DNA from: Terriglobia bacterium
Lineage (GTDB): Bacteria; Acidobacteriota; Polarisedimenticolia; Polarisedimenticolales; JAIQFR01
Assembly: GCA_963748015.1 (NCBI GenBank)
Contig: CAVVHE010000008.1
Coordinates: 768,001-832,000, forward strand
DNA length: 64,000 bases
Direction of reading: 5' to 3'
This document shows, one piece after another, positions 1 to 13,364 of the stretch. Each line of letters opens with the position of its first letter. The stretch's first letter is position 1. A model generated the notes under the pieces. The model made no database searches. It was not told where the DNA came from and worked only from the letters and a program-made list of their open reading frames with translations. Made by a program: the position numbers and the translations under genes.

Positions 1-1
1 C

Positions 2-1798
2 GAGCCGGCCATCGAGAGAGTGATTCTGCGCTGCCTCGCGAACGATCCCGCGGACCGCCCGGCCTCGGCGCTCGCGGTGTCGGCGGCGCTCCCCGGCGGC
101 GATCCGCTGGCCGCGGCCCTCGCCGCGGGCGAGACCCCGTCCCCGGACATGGTGGCTGCCGCCGGGGCCGAGGGCACGCTGCGCCCCGCCGTCGCCTGGA
201 GCGTGTTCGCGGGGTTCGTTCTCTGCGTCGCTCTCCTCGCCGTCCTGTCCGGCAAGACGGCGTTGCTCCACCGTGTGCCGTTCGAGAAGCCCGCGGACGC
301 CCTGGTGGACCGCGCGCAGGAGGCCCTTCTGAAGGCCGGCGTCACCGGCGCGCCCGGGGACCGCGCGTGGGGTTTCCTGCAGCCGGACGACGTCCTGAGC
401 TGGCTCGAGAAGCGGGACAAGTCGTCGACGAGGTGGTCGCAGCTTTCGACCGGACGGCTCGGCGCGGTCGGCTTCTGGTACAGGCGAAGCCCGAAACGGC
501 TCGAGTCGCTCGCGACAACCGGCCAGGTGACCCGCGATCTGCCGCCTCAGGACGTCCCCGGAATGGCGAGCGTCCTTCTCGACGAGCGGGGGAGGCTGCT
601 GGAGCTCCGCATCGTTCCCACCCGCGAGGACGGGACGGGCCAGCCTGGGCGGCCGCCCGACTGGGACGTGCTGTTCGGGGCGGCCGGCCTCGAGCCCGCG
701 GCCTTCACGACGGACGCCCCCGCGTGGCTTCCCCCGATGTACGCCGACCTCCGCACCGCCTGGAAAGGGACCAGTCCGGATCTGCCCGGTGTCGAGCTGC
801 GGGTCGAGGCCGCCGCATACCTCGGCCGGCCGGTGTACTTCAAGGTGATCGCCCCGTGGACCCCACCGGATGCCGCGGGCGGCGCCGGATCCGAGGGCTC
901 CCGGAGCCTCCCCGAGGCCTTTGCCGCGTTCCTCCTTCTCGTCGGGCTGGGCTTCGCGCTGTTCCGGGCCCGCCACAATCTCCGCTCCGGCCGCGGCGAC
1001 CTCCGCGGCGCCACGCGAATGGCGCTGGTGGTCGTGGCCCTCTACCTCCTCCAGTGGGCGCTCGTCGCGCATCACCAGGCATCCGTGGCCGACGAGTTCG
1101 CCTCGTTCGTGCGGGGATCCGGAATGGCGCTCTTCGTCGGCGCGTTCATCTGGCTGCTGTACCTGGCCCTCGAGCCCGCGGTGCGCAAGTTGTGGCCCGG
1201 AACGCTGGTCGCGTGGAGCCGGCTGCTGGTGGGGAGGTTCCGCGATCCGCTCGTGGGTCGCGACCTCCTGATCGCGGGGGCGCTCGGAGCGGCGCTTTCG
1301 CTTATAGGGCCGCTCGAGAACCTCGCGATCGGATGGCTCGGACTCTCGCCCGCCCGCCCCATCCAGGCGAACGTGGAGGCGCTCCGCTCGATCCGGCAGT
1401 TCCTGGCGCATCTCTTCAGGATGCCGACGTCGGCGCTGCTCGGCCCGATGCTCCTCCTGTTCCTCATCCTGGGGCTGCGCGCCCTGCTGCGAAAGCAGTG
1501 GCTCGCCGTCACGGTGGCGGCCCTGGTCTTCCTGCCGATCGTCGCGCTGGGCGAGCACCCCGCGGTGGACGCGGCGTTCGCGCTGGCCGCCATCGCATGC
1601 CAGATGTTCATTCTCCTGCGCCTGGGGCTCCACGCCCTGATCGTGACCGCCACGGTCAGCCTGCTCCTGACGACCGTCCCGCTCACCGCCGATCCCTCGG
1701 CCTGGTACTCCGGATACTCGATGGTGGCGATGGCGATCGCCGTCGCCGTGGGGGCCTACGGCCTGACGCTCACCACGCGGGGCGCTCGAGGCGCCTGA
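2..1798 (+). CDS. Membrane-anchored Ser/Thr protein kinase, C-terminal part (5' truncated by window edge)
   Basis: Begins with a kinase subdomain XI-like segment (VILRCLANDPADRPASA), followed by a TM helix, a soluble loop domain and several C-terminal hydrophobic helices. Confidence 0.75.
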   Translation, partial: EPAIERVILRCLANDPADRPASALAVSAALPGGDPLAAALAAGETPSPDMVAAAGAEGTLRPAVAWSVFAGFVLCVALLAVLSGKTALLHRVPFEKPADALVDRAQEALLKAGVTGAPGDRAWGFLQPDDVLSWLEKRDKSSTRWSQLSTGRLGAVGFWYRRSPKRLESLATTGQVTRDLPPQDVPGMASVLLDERGRLLELRIVPTREDGTGQPGRPPDWDVLFGAAGLEPAAFTTDAPAWLPPMYADLRTAWKGTSPDLPGVELRVEAAAYLGRPVYFKVIAPWTPPDAAGGAGSEGSRSLPEAFAAFLLLVGLGFALFRARHNLRSGRGDLRGATRMALVVVALYLLQWALVAHHQASVADEFASFVRGSGMALFVGAFIWLLYLALEPAVRKLWPGTLVAWSRLLVGRFRDPLVGRDLLIAGALGAALSLIGPLENLAIGWLGLSPARPIQANVEALRSIRQFLAHLFRMPTSALLGPMLLLFLILGLRALLRKQWLAVTVAALVFLPIVALGEHPAVDAAFALAAIACQMFILLRLGLHALIVTATVSLLLTTVPLTADPSAWYSGYSMVAMAIAVAVGAYGLTLTTRGARGA

Positions 1799-1808
1799 GA
1801 CGACGGCC

Positions 1809-1817
1809 TGCTAGACT
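1809..1817 (+). promoter_or_regulatory. Putative extended -10 promoter of panD (TGcTAGACT)
   Basis: TGn + TAnnnT about 60 nt upstream of the panD ATG. Confidence 0.4.
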
Positions 1818-1826
1818 TGGTTTCGC

Positions 1827-1857
1827 CGGGCGTCCAGCCGAGACGGCGGGCGACCCG
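1827..1857 (+). ncRNA. pan-RNA-motif-like hairpin in the panD 5' UTR
   Basis: cGGG-CGTCC-A-GCCG-aga-CGGC-GGGCG-A-CCCg: a stem-loop with one bulged A on each strand, directly upstream of a pantothenate gene. Confidence 0.55.
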
Positions 1858-1878
1858 CGGGAAAGAGAGGCACGATCC

Positions 1879-2268
1879 ATGACCCGCGAGATGCTTCGAG
1901 CCAAGGTCCACAGGATCACGGTGACGGAGCGGAACGTCGAGTACGAGGGCAGCCTGACCCTCGACGCCGCGCTGATGGAAGCCGGCGACATGATCCCGTT
2001 CGAGCGCGTCGAGATCTACGACGTGGACAACGGGAACCGCTTCGCCACGTACCTCATCGAGGGGGAGCGGGGAAGCGGCGCCTGCTGCGTCAACGGCGCC
2101 GCCGCCCGCCTCGTCGAGGTGGGGCACAAGCTCATCCTGGCCTGCTACTGCGCCGTGGACGAGTCCGCGGCGCGGGGCCACCGCCCGAAGGTCGTGCTCG
2201 TGGACTCCCGGAACCGCCTGTCGGCCGTGAAGGACCACGAGGGCGCGGGAGTGCGCGTCGGCGTCTGA
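1879..2268 (+). CDS. panD: Aspartate 1-decarboxylase
   Basis: MTREMLRAKVHR...YEGS (Gly-Ser autocleavage site)...NGNRFATY...NGAAAR; purine-rich RBS upstream. Confidence 0.97.
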   Translation: MTREMLRAKVHRITVTERNVEYEGSLTLDAALMEAGDMIPFERVEIYDVDNGNRFATYLIEGERGSGACCVNGAAARLVEVGHKLILACYCAVDESAARGHRPKVVLVDSRNRLSAVKDHEGAGVRVGV

Positions 2269-2287
2269 GTCTCCAACAGGACGTGGG

Positions 2288-3640
2288 TCAGGACGTTCCT
2301 GCGACGCTCAGCTCGCGCAGCAAGACGGACGGCGACCCTCCGCCCCCGGGGAAGAGCCTGAGGTCGGAGCCGGCCACCTCGATCGACGACAGCAGGGCGA
2401 GGAAGTTCCCCGAGAACGCGAGCTGGTCGACGGGGGCGCCCGCTCGCCCGTTCTCGATCGCCCGCCCGCTCCCGCCGAGCGAGAAGTCGCCGGTCACGGG
2501 GTCCACCGTGTGGAGCCCCATCACCTCCGTGATCAGGATCCCCCGGCCGGCCCGCTCGAGAAGCGCCTCGGCGGGCGACTCCCCGGGCAGCAGCAGCAGG
2601 TTCATCGGACCGATCTGGGGCGGGCCGCCGTACGAGGGACGAAGGGCGTTCCCGGCCCTGCCGCTACCGTGCTTCAACGACGAGTAGGTGTCGTGGAGGT
2701 AGCCGCGGAGCTCTCCCTCCTCTATCAGGACCGTCCGGTGGGTCGCCAGCCCCTCGCCGTCCGCCGGCGCGCTGCCGCATCCGCCGGGAAGCCGAGGATC
2801 GTCCACCAGCGTCACCGCCCGCGACGCGACGGCCTGGCCGGCCCGTCGCGCGAGAAACGACGTTCCCTTCAGCGCGCGGCGCCCCGAGAACGCCGGCGCG
2901 AGCGCGTCGAGCAGCCCCCCCATCACCTCGCGGTCGAGCACCGCAGGGATGCGGGCGGTCTTCCCCGGCGCGCTTCCGAGCTTCAGGAGGGCCCTTCTTG
3001 CGGCCTCGCGGCCGACGGCCAGGGGATCGATCTCGTCCGACGCGAGCGCGAACTCCGCGTGATACCCGGTCTGGGACGCGCCGTCCTCGGTCGCGGCGAG
3101 ATCCACCCATGCCACGCCGCGGCTGAACCGGTACCCGGCGTCGACGCCGGCCGTGCTGGCGACGCGGACGTCGCCCCGGACGTCGGTGACCACCGCCTGC
3201 CGCGACCGCCGGACCCGCGGGTCCACGGCAAGGGCGGCCGCCTCGATGGCCCGGGCCATCTCGATCCGGCGCGGCATGGCGAGCGATCCCTCCCACTCCC
3301 GCGAGTTCGAGAAGGGCAGCGGCGGAACCGGCTCCGGCAGGGGCAGCCTCCACGCCTCGTCCGGCGTCGAATGCCCCGCGATCTCGCGGGCCAGGGCGAC
3401 CGCGTCGCGCACCGCATCGGGCGAGAGGTCGGTCGTGAAGGCGAAACCGACTCGCCCGTCGAGGAATACGCGCAGCCCGATGCCGCGCTCCTCGCGCTCC
3501 TCGACGCTCTCGAGCCGCCCCTCGCTGACCGCCACCTTCGCTCGATGGCCGGACTCCGCGTAGACCTCCCCGCCGAGTCCGAGGTCGCGGAAGACCTCGA
3601 GCGCCGTGGCGACGGCGGGGTCGCTGTCGCGGCCGCTCAC
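2288..3640 (-). CDS. pmbA: TldE/PmbA family protein
   Basis: GIGLRVFLDGRVGFAFT, DGEG, GLHTVDPVTGDFSLG motifs; GTG start overlaps the tldD stop (GTGA). Confidence 0.92.
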   Translation of the reverse strand: MSGRDSDPAVATALEVFRDLGLGGEVYAESGHRAKVAVSEGRLESVEEREERGIGLRVFLDGRVGFAFTTDLSPDAVRDAVALAREIAGHSTPDEAWRLPLPEPVPPLPFSNSREWEGSLAMPRRIEMARAIEAAALAVDPRVRRSRQAVVTDVRGDVRVASTAGVDAGYRFSRGVAWVDLAATEDGASQTGYHAEFALASDEIDPLAVGREAARRALLKLGSAPGKTARIPAVLDREVMGGLLDALAPAFSGRRALKGTSFLARRAGQAVASRAVTLVDDPRLPGGCGSAPADGEGLATHRTVLIEEGELRGYLHDTYSSLKHGSGRAGNALRPSYGGPPQIGPMNLLLLPGESPAEALLERAGRGILITEVMGLHTVDPVTGDFSLGGSGRAIENGRAGAPVDQLAFSGNFLALLSSIEVAGSDLRLFPGGGGSPSVLLRELSVAGTS

Positions 3641-5025
3641 GGCGCCGTCCCCCCGACCACGATCCCGGGGATGCGGAGGGTCGGCTGCGCGTCCGCCACG
3701 GGAACCCCCTGGCCTTCCTTCCCGCACGTTCCCACCTGGTAGCCCAGGTCGCGGCCGACGCGGTCGACCCGGAGGAGCACGTCGGGGCCGTTGCCGGTCA
3801 GCATCACGTCCCTCAGCGGCTCGGCGACCTTCCCGCCGCGGATCCGGTACGCCTCCGTGCAGTGGAAGACGAAGTTGCCGGAAGTGGTGTCCACCTCGCC
3901 GCCGCCCATGTCGGTCACGAAGATCCCGTCCTCGACCGACGCGACGATCTCGTCGGGATCGTCGCCTCCGGGCGCGATGATCGTGTTGCGCATCCGCGGG
4001 ATCGGGAGGTGGCGGAACGATTCGCGGCGGCCGTTGCCGGTGGGCTCTTCCCCCAGCTTCGCGGCGGTCCGGCGCGAGTGGAGGAACCCCTTGAGGATTC
4101 CGTTCTCGATCAGGACGGTCCGGCGCGACGGCGTTCCCTCGTCGTCGATCGCGAACGAGCCGCGCTTCCCCGGGATCGTCCCGTCGTCCACGACGGTCAC
4201 GAGGGACGACGCGACCTTCTGGCCGACCTTTCCTGCATACACCGACAGCCCCTTGATCGCGAAGTCCCCCTCGAGGCCGTGGCCGCACGCCTCGTGGACC
4301 ATCGTTCCCCCGGCCTTCGAGGAGAGCACGACGGTGAAGGTCCCGGCGGGGGCGGGGGCCGCCCCGAGCTGGAGGCACGCCATGCGGGCCGCGTCGCGCC
4401 CGAGCTCCTCGGGCGGGGTACGCTCGGTGAGCTCGAAGCCGCACGTTCCCGACGCGACCTTGAGCGCGGTGCGCACGAGGTCGCCTTCCTTCGCGACCAC
4501 CGAGACGAGAAGCGTCGTGTAGACGTTGCGGTCGGTCGTGTAGAGGCCGTCGGAATTCGCGACGAGGACGCGGCGCTCGCTGTCCCGGTAGCGCGCGCTC
4601 ACCTGCGCGACGCGCGGGTCGAAGGCGCGGGCGGCGACGTCCGCGCGCTCGAGAAGCGCCACCTTGGCGTCCATGGGGACCGATGCCGGCTCGATCTCGA
4701 CGGTCGAGACCGAGCGGGCGGCAGCAGGTTCCATCGCGGGCACCCCGCGAGGAGGGAGTCCGTGGGGGAGGGCGGACGCGAGGCCGGACGCGAGGCGAAG
4801 CAGGCTATCCGGCGAGAGATCGTTCCCGCTGGCGAAGAGCGTCTCCTCGCCGCGGACGAGCCGGAGGCCCGCGCCCCCCTCCCGGCCGGCGGCGGCCTCG
4901 TCAAGCGTGAGGTTCTCCCAGGAGAGCCCGACGCCGCGCACCGACTCGGCGTAGAGCTCCGCGAAGTCGCCGCCGCGGGAGAGCAGCTCGGCGAGCACGC
5001 GACGCACGGTATCGGCAGGGATCAA
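3637..5025 (-). CDS. tldD: TldD metalloprotease
   Basis: HEACGHGLEGD zinc motif, DDEG, GNGRRESF..PIPRMRNT, CGKEGQGVPV. Confidence 0.96.
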   Translation of the reverse strand: MIPADTVRRVLAELLSRGGDFAELYAESVRGVGLSWENLTLDEAAAGREGGAGLRLVRGEETLFASGNDLSPDSLLRLASGLASALPHGLPPRGVPAMEPAAARSVSTVEIEPASVPMDAKVALLERADVAARAFDPRVAQVSARYRDSERRVLVANSDGLYTTDRNVYTTLLVSVVAKEGDLVRTALKVASGTCGFELTERTPPEELGRDAARMACLQLGAAPAPAGTFTVVLSSKAGGTMVHEACGHGLEGDFAIKGLSVYAGKVGQKVASSLVTVVDDGTIPGKRGSFAIDDEGTPSRRTVLIENGILKGFLHSRRTAAKLGEEPTGNGRRESFRHLPIPRMRNTIIAPGGDDPDEIVASVEDGIFVTDMGGGEVDTTSGNFVFHCTEAYRIRGGKVAEPLRDVMLTGNGPDVLLRVDRVGRDLGYQVGTCGKEGQGVPVADAQPTLRIPGIVVGGTAP

Positions 5026-5075
5026 TGGAGCCTCCGAGGCGAAACGGCGAGTATATCAGCGGGCGGGGACGGGGA

Positions 5076-5738
5076 TCAGGACGGGGAGGCTCCGGGAGCG
5101 CCGAAGGTCCGCTCGAAATCCCGGAGGAGAGCCGCATGGACCCGCTCCGCCTCGCGGCGCGTCTCGCGCAGCGTGGTCTCGGTGTCGATCACGTAGTCCG
5201 CGACGGCGAGCTTCGCCTCGAGCGGCGCCTGCGACTCGATCCTCGCCAGCGCCTCCTCCGGGCCCATCCCCTCCCGCGCCAGGAGACGTTGCAGCTGCGC
5301 CTCCCGGCTGCAGCGCACCACGATCAGCTTGTGGAGCGAGCGGTAGAACCCCGACTCGACCAGGAGCGCGGCGTCCACGATGGCGATCGGGGAGTGCCCC
5401 ACCGCCGCGTAGAGGAGCACGCGCCGCTCGATCTCCTCGGCCACGAGGGGGTGCGTCAGGGCGTTCAGCGCCTCGCGCGCCCCGGGATCGCCGAACACGA
5501 TCCCGGCCAGGGCGGACCGCCTGATCCTCCCCGACGCATCGAGGAGCTCGCGCCCGAACCGCTCGACCACCGCGTCGTACGCGGCGCCTCCGGGCTCCAA
5601 GATCGCGTGGGCGATCCGGTCGGCGTCGATCCGGTACGCGCCGAGCTCCTCGAAGAACGCCGCGACCGTCGTCTTCCCCGAGGCGATTCCTCCCGTGAGC
5701 CCCGCGCGCAGGACCGGCCGCGAGGGGGCGCCGCTCAT
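5076..5738 (-). CDS. coaE: Dephospho-CoA kinase
   Basis: [12 protein letters not shown]-loop, [19 protein letters not shown] overlap with the folD stop. Confidence 0.95.
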   Translation of the reverse strand: MSGAPSRPVLRAGLTGGIASGKTTVAAFFEELGAYRIDADRIAHAILEPGGAAYDAVVERFGRELLDASGRIRRSALAGIVFGDPGAREALNALTHPLVAEEIERRVLLYAAVGHSPIAIVDAALLVESGFYRSLHKLIVVRCSREAQLQRLLAREGMGPEEALARIESQAPLEAKLAVADYVIDTETTLRETRREAERVHAALLRDFERTFGAPGASPS

Positions 5739-6679
5739 CCTCGCGGGTCCCCGGCGGCGAGCCTCGCCGCGTCGAGCGCGTTCCGGAGGAGGAGGGCGAT
5801 GGTGAGGGGGCCGACGCCGCCGGGAACCGGGGTCAGCCAGCCCGCGCGCGCGGCGGCCTCGACGGGGTGGACGTCCCCCGCGAGTGTCGAGCCGCGCTCT
5901 CTCACGGTCCGGAGCCGGCCCTCGTCGTCCCCGAAGATCCTGCGGCACTCCGCCTCGTCCGAGATCGCGTGGATCCCGACGTCCACGACGACGGCGCCCG
6001 GCTTGATGTACTCGCCGGTGACCATCGCGGGCTTGCCGCCGATCGCCGCCACGAGGAGGTCGGCCTCGCGCGCGATCGCGGGGAGGTCGCGCGTCCGCGA
6101 GTGGCAGATCGTGACCGTGCAGTGCTCCCGGAGGAGCAGGACGGAGATCGGCTTGCCGACGATGTTGCTGCGGCCGATCACCACGGCGCGCTTTCCCACG
6201 AGGCCGATGCCGCTCCGCTTCAGCAGCTCGACGATCCCCGCGGGGGTGCATGGGACGAAGCCGGGGAGGCCGATGAGGAGGCGCCCCGCGTTCACCGGGT
6301 GCAGGCCGTCCACGTCCTTGTCCGGGGCGATCGTCTCGATCACGCGGTGCTCGTCCACGTGGCCCGGCAAGGGGAGCTGGACCAGGATCCCGTGGACGTT
6401 CGGGTCCTCGTTGAGCTGCTCCACGGTCGCGATGACGTCGTCCTCCGGCGCGGTCGCGGGCAGGCGGACGACCGCCGAGCTCATCCCGGCCTCGCGCGCC
6501 GACTTCTCCTTGCTCCGGACGTAGACCTGGGAGGCGGGGTTCTCGCCGACCAGGACGACGGTCAGCCCGGGGACCACGCCGCGCTCCTCGAGGAGCCGCG
6601 CGCACCCTTCCGCCACCTCGCGGCGGATGTCCGCCGCCACCGCCTTGCCGTCGAGACGCCGTGCTCCTTCGCCGTCCAC
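5735..6679 (-). CDS. folD: Bifunctional methylenetetrahydrofolate dehydrogenase/cyclohydrolase
   Basis: [44 protein letters not shown]. Confidence 0.97.
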   Translation of the reverse strand: MDGEGARRLDGKAVAADIRREVAEGCARLLEERGVVPGLTVVLVGENPASQVYVRSKEKSAREAGMSSAVVRLPATAPEDDVIATVEQLNEDPNVHGILVQLPLPGHVDEHRVIETIAPDKDVDGLHPVNAGRLLIGLPGFVPCTPAGIVELLKRSGIGLVGKRAVVIGRSNIVGKPISVLLLREHCTVTICHSRTRDLPAIAREADLLVAAIGGKPAMVTGEYIKPGAVVVDVGIHAISDEAECRRIFGDDEGRLRTVRERGSTLAGDVHPVEAAARAGWLTPVPGGVGPLTIALLLRNALDAARLAAGDPRG

Positions 6680-6694
6680 GTCGTCACCCTCGCG

Positions 6695-7339
6695 TCATTT
6701 CTTGACGAGCCGGTAGGGGGCGCCGAACTCCGCTCCCGAGCCATCCGGGAGCATCATCACGACCTCCATCCGGAACCGTTTCGTTCCGGGCGGGGGAAGC
6801 CGAAACAGCAGGATCCCTTCCGCGACTCCTCCCGGGCGGATCACCCTCTGGCCGTCGAGCAGCAGCGGCTTCGCGCGGGTCTGAAGCGGAGGAACCTCGA
6901 GCCCGAGAAGATCGTACGCCGACTGGATGTCCGGCCAGCCGACGGGATACCAGGCCATGTGGTCGCGAGCGACCATCTGCGTGGAATCGGGCTCGAACAC
7001 CATCTCGCCCTGCCCCTTGTTCTCGATCCGGAGGAGGAACGTCAGGAGACTCGATTTCTGGCCGGGGATCGAGGCGAACGGGTCCTCGCGCGATCCGGTC
7101 CGGCGCTCGACGAAGGCCGGCCGGGTGGCGTCGTCGAGGAGCCGGAGCTCGGCGGAATAGCCGGGCGCCGCGACCCTCCACGCTCCGTCCTCGAAGGGGG
7201 CGGCCCCCTCCGCCCCGGGATCCGGAGCGAACGTCGGGAGGGCCGCCGCGGAACCGCCTCCGTGCAGCGCGGAGGTTGCAAGGACGCAGGCGAGCAAGAA
7301 CGAGAGCGCGGCGCGTGCGACGGAGCATGCCGGTTTCAT
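6695..7339 (-). CDS. Hypothetical exported protein
   Basis: N-terminal signal-peptide-like segment, GC3-biased frame, stop 16 nt before the folD start. Confidence 0.7.
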   Translation of the reverse strand: MKPACSVARAALSFLLACVLATSALHGGGSAAALPTFAPDPGAEGAAPFEDGAWRVAAPGYSAELRLLDDATRPAFVERRTGSREDPFASIPGQKSSLLTFLLRIENKGQGEMVFEPDSTQMVARDHMAWYPVGWPDIQSAYDLLGLEVPPLQTRAKPLLLDGQRVIRPGGVAEGILLFRLPPPGTKRFRMEVVMMLPDGSGAEFGAPYRLVKK

Positions 7340-7433
7340 GCCCGAAGGATACCACCATGCCCGACCTTTCCCGGATGGCCCGGCGTACCGGCAGCGACTA
7401 GAATGGGGCCTTCAATCGAGGACATCGAGACCC

Positions 7434-10267
<2,834 letters not shown>

Positions 10268-10268
10268 C

Positions 10269-10316
10269 GGAGGGGGCGCCATCACGACAATCTGCATTGC
10301 GTGATGCGCTCTCCCT
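10269..10316 (+). terminator. Hairpin after uvrA, possible terminator
   Basis: GGAGGGGGCGCCATCACG...CGTGATGCGCTCTCCC imperfect stem right after the stop; U-tract weak. Confidence 0.4.
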
Positions 10317-10542
10317 TGCAAGCCTTGACAGGAGCGGGCAGACAAGAAGAGTATCGCCTCGAATCACGTGGGTCGGGGGTGGTCGGCTTCGACCTAGCCA
10401 AATCGAATCAGCAGATCGGATCGCGGGGAGGAACCTCCCCATCGCCGATCGACTAGGGATCCGCAGGGCACAAAACTGCTCGGAGCAAGAGAAAGGGGAT
10501 ACACTCGGAACAACGGCAACTCGACCGGAAAGGGGGACCGTC

Positions 10543-11271
10543 ATGAAGACGCACCGCGTCACGCTCTTGATCATTCTCTCCGCCCTGGTGTCCGTTCTGT
10601 GCTGGGCGGCGTTGATCAGGACCGTTACGGAGGACTTCGAGGGAACCCTCGCGGATACCGACTGGAGATCGGGCCCCGGAGACGAAATCGCCCCGGACGG
10701 AGGGAATCCGGGCGCGTTCCTTCACAACCCCGCCGCTGTGACCCCGATTCCCGTCATCGCGAATGCGGTGCCCTCCGTTTTCACCGGCCCTTACGGACAG
10801 CAGGGTGTGAGTGATCTCGGCATCGACGTGAACGTGTTCGCGGTGAGCGGCGAGGCAGACAACCGCCCGGTTTCTCTCGGACTGCAGGGCGGCGTGTACA
10901 CGGGAGGCACATGGGTCTCGTGCGAGTTGATATTCCCCGGCACCGAGATGCCGCAGCCCGGCGCGGGATGGAAGTCATACAATTTTGCCGTCCCGGCTTG
11001 GAAGCACCATATGCCTTCAAAAGCGGTCGTCTACGGGCCTTGTGCGAACCTGCCACGCGACGAGGTCTGGAACCAAGTGAAGGGGTGGGTGTACGCAGCG
11101 CGCTTCTACGTGGGCGATCCGGGCGTCTCCTACGAGTCGCAGATCTGGGACATCGGCTTTGACAACGCGAGGATCACCATCGGGAAGCTCGTGGATCACC
11201 TGCGCCACGACGCGCGGTTGGTTTCCGACGGGCCGGTTCCGATGAACGTTGTGCCGGACCCCAACGAGTAG
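10543..11271 (+). CDS. Secreted hypothetical protein (beta-sandwich, laminin-B-like by motif)
   Basis: Signal peptide MKTHRVTLLIILSALVSVLCWA; EDFE...GGNPG...GWKSY...GFDNARI pattern; RBS AGGGGG. Confidence 0.7.
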   Translation: MKTHRVTLLIILSALVSVLCWAALIRTVTEDFEGTLADTDWRSGPGDEIAPDGGNPGAFLHNPAAVTPIPVIANAVPSVFTGPYGQQGVSDLGIDVNVFAVSGEADNRPVSLGLQGGVYTGGTWVSCELIFPGTEMPQPGAGWKSYNFAVPAWKHHMPSKAVVYGPCANLPRDEVWNQVKGWVYAARFYVGDPGVSYESQIWDIGFDNARITIGKLVDHLRHDARLVSDGPVPMNVVPDPNE

Positions 11272-11500
11272 GAGGCCGCTTGCGGACCAGGCGTCGAGCC
11301 CGACGAGAGGGCCGAGGGCGACTTTCCCCTGTACCGTGCAATCGATTCTATCGGTCGCCCCCGCGACCTAGCTCATCTCGCCTCATCTCATGCGGCTACT
11401 CCGCCTCCACCCCCCGCCAGGAGGCCGCTGACGCTTCGATCAGCTGTTACCGAGCCCCTTCTCTGTTCTGGGTCGACCAACGCCAATAACCGAGCGGCGG

Positions 11501-11856
11501 GGGGCAGGCGGCGACGACCCTCTCCGGCGGTGAGGCGCAGCGCATCAAGCTGTCGAAGGAGCTCTCGCGTCGCGCGACCGGGCGGACGCTCTATCTCCTC
11601 GACGACCCGACGACGGGTCTCCATTTCGACGACATCAAGAAGCTGCTCTCCGTGTTCAACCGCCTCGTGGACCAGGGGAACACCGTCGTCGTCATCGAGC
11701 AGAACCTCGAAGTGATCAAGACTGCCGACTGGGTCCTCGACCTCGGTCCCGAGGGAGGGGACGCCGGCGGCCGGCTCGTCGCCGAGGGGCCCCCGAGAGC
11801 ATCGCAACGGCGAAGGACTCCCGCACCGGCGCCTTCCTGCGCCGCATCCTCGCGGA
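11501..11856 (+). pseudogene. uvrA: Degenerate duplicate of the uvrA 3' end (copy of 9886..10242)
   Basis: Direct repeat of about 356 bp, no start codon, DEPT>DDPT, EHN>EQN and a 1-bp deletion near 11790. Confidence 0.9.
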
Positions 11857-11998
11857 GTCCGAGGCGGCGGCCCGAGCGCAGGCTCGCCGCGTCAAGGCCG
11901 CGGGTGTTCGCCCGGCGCTTCCAACTCCCGACAGCCAGGTGTTAGGATCCGCGGCAGGTCGAATCATGGGGTGTCCGTTTCGTTTCCAGGAGGATGCC

Positions 11999-13327
11999 AT
12001 GATGCCTCGCCGGAACGCGATCGTCGCTTCGTTCGTCGTCGCCCTCGTTGTTTCCCCGGGCCTCGCGCTCGCCGCTCCTCCGGACCTCGTCAAGCTCCTC
12101 GCCGGCACTTCGAAGGAGAGCCAGGCATGCATCCGGTGCCACCAGAAGATGGCCACCCCGGTGGTCGTGCAGCAATGGGCGACCAGCCGGCACGCCGCGG
12201 ATGGCATCGGCTGCTACGAGTGCCACCAGGCGGACAAGGCCGACCCGGACGCCCTCGAGCACAACGGGTTCACGATCTCCCTCCTCGTCACCCCCAAGGA
12301 CTGCGCGCCGTGCCACGAGCAGGAGGGGAAGGAGTTCGCGGCCAGCCACCACGCCGCAGCCGGCGAGATTCTCGGCTCGCTCGACAACGTCCTCGGCGAA
12401 GTCGCCGAGGGGCCGCCCGCGGCCAACAGCGGGTGCAGGCAATGCCACGGTGGCGTCGTCAAGGTGCTCGCCGGGGGCAAACTCGACGCCGCGACCTGGC
12501 CGAACTCGGGAATCGGCCGAATCAATCCCGACGGCTCGAAGGGGACCTGCGCCGCGTGCCACTCGCGCCATTCGTTCTCGGCGTCGATCGCCCGGCAGCC
12601 GGAGAACTGCGGCAAGTGCCACCTCGGTCCCGACCATCCGCAGGCGGAGATCTACGCCGAGAGCAAGCACGGCATCACCTTCCGGGCGAAGATCGGCGAG
12701 ATGAATCTCGACGCGAAGACCTGGGTGCTCGGGAAGGACTACAGCGCTGCGCCGACGTGCTCGACGTGTCACATGAGCGCGACGAAGGACCTGCCGCTCA
12801 CCCACGACGTCGGCGCGCGGATCTCCTGGACGCTGCGCCCGGAGATCTCCGTGAAGCTGCCGAACGCCGACGCGCGCCGGGGCGACATGCAGAAGGTCTG
12901 CTCGAACTGCCACGGGAAGGACTGGATCGGCAATTTCTACAAGCAGTACGACTCCGTCGTCGGCCTCTACAACGACAAGTTCGCCGCACCGGCCAAGGCG
13001 ATCATGGCCAAGCTGCGCGAGGCCAAGAAGCTGACGCCGACCCCCTTCGACGAGACGATCGAGTGGACCTACTACGAGCTGTGGCACCACGAGGGGCGCC
13101 GCGCGCGCATGGGCGCCGCGATGATGGGGCCCGACTACACGCAGTGGCACGGCTTCTACGAGGTCGCCAAGGCCTTCTACTCCGAGTTCCTGCCGGAAGC
13201 CGAGCGCCTGCTCCCCGGCGTCACGAAAGACGCCCGCGGGATGGCGGACCACAAGTGGCTGGAAGGGATCTCGAAGGAGGAGAGGGAGAGGATCGAGAAG
13301 TACTACCAGTCGCGCTACGGGGAGTAG
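11999..13327 (+). CDS. Octaheme cytochrome c, hydroxylamine oxidoreductase (HAO) family
   Basis: Signal peptide; eight CxxCH motifs; CHSRHSFS, CGKCHLGPDHPQAEIYAESKHG, APTCSTCHM, WHHEGRRARMG; RBS AGGAGG. Confidence 0.9.
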   Translation: MMPRRNAIVASFVVALVVSPGLALAAPPDLVKLLAGTSKESQACIRCHQKMATPVVVQQWATSRHAADGIGCYECHQADKADPDALEHNGFTISLLVTPKDCAPCHEQEGKEFAASHHAAAGEILGSLDNVLGEVAEGPPAANSGCRQCHGGVVKVLAGGKLDAATWPNSGIGRINPDGSKGTCAACHSRHSFSASIARQPENCGKCHLGPDHPQAEIYAESKHGITFRAKIGEMNLDAKTWVLGKDYSAAPTCSTCHMSATKDLPLTHDVGARISWTLRPEISVKLPNADARRGDMQKVCSNCHGKDWIGNFYKQYDSVVGLYNDKFAAPAKAIMAKLREAKKLTPTPFDETIEWTYYELWHHEGRRARMGAAMMGPDYTQWHGFYEVAKAFYSEFLPEAERLLPGVTKDARGMADHKWLEGISKEERERIEKYYQSRYGE

Positions 13328-13364
13328 GACGAGGGCCGGCGCCCACCCGGGCCGCCGTCCGCTC

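Noticed and set aside
2288..5025. tldD/pmbA as part of a RiPP cluster
   Set aside because: No precursor peptide or modifying enzymes nearby; the context is housekeeping
11999..13327. Evidence for ammonia oxidation or anammox
   Set aside because: A lone HAO-family gene without amo, cycAB or hzs is not diagnostic
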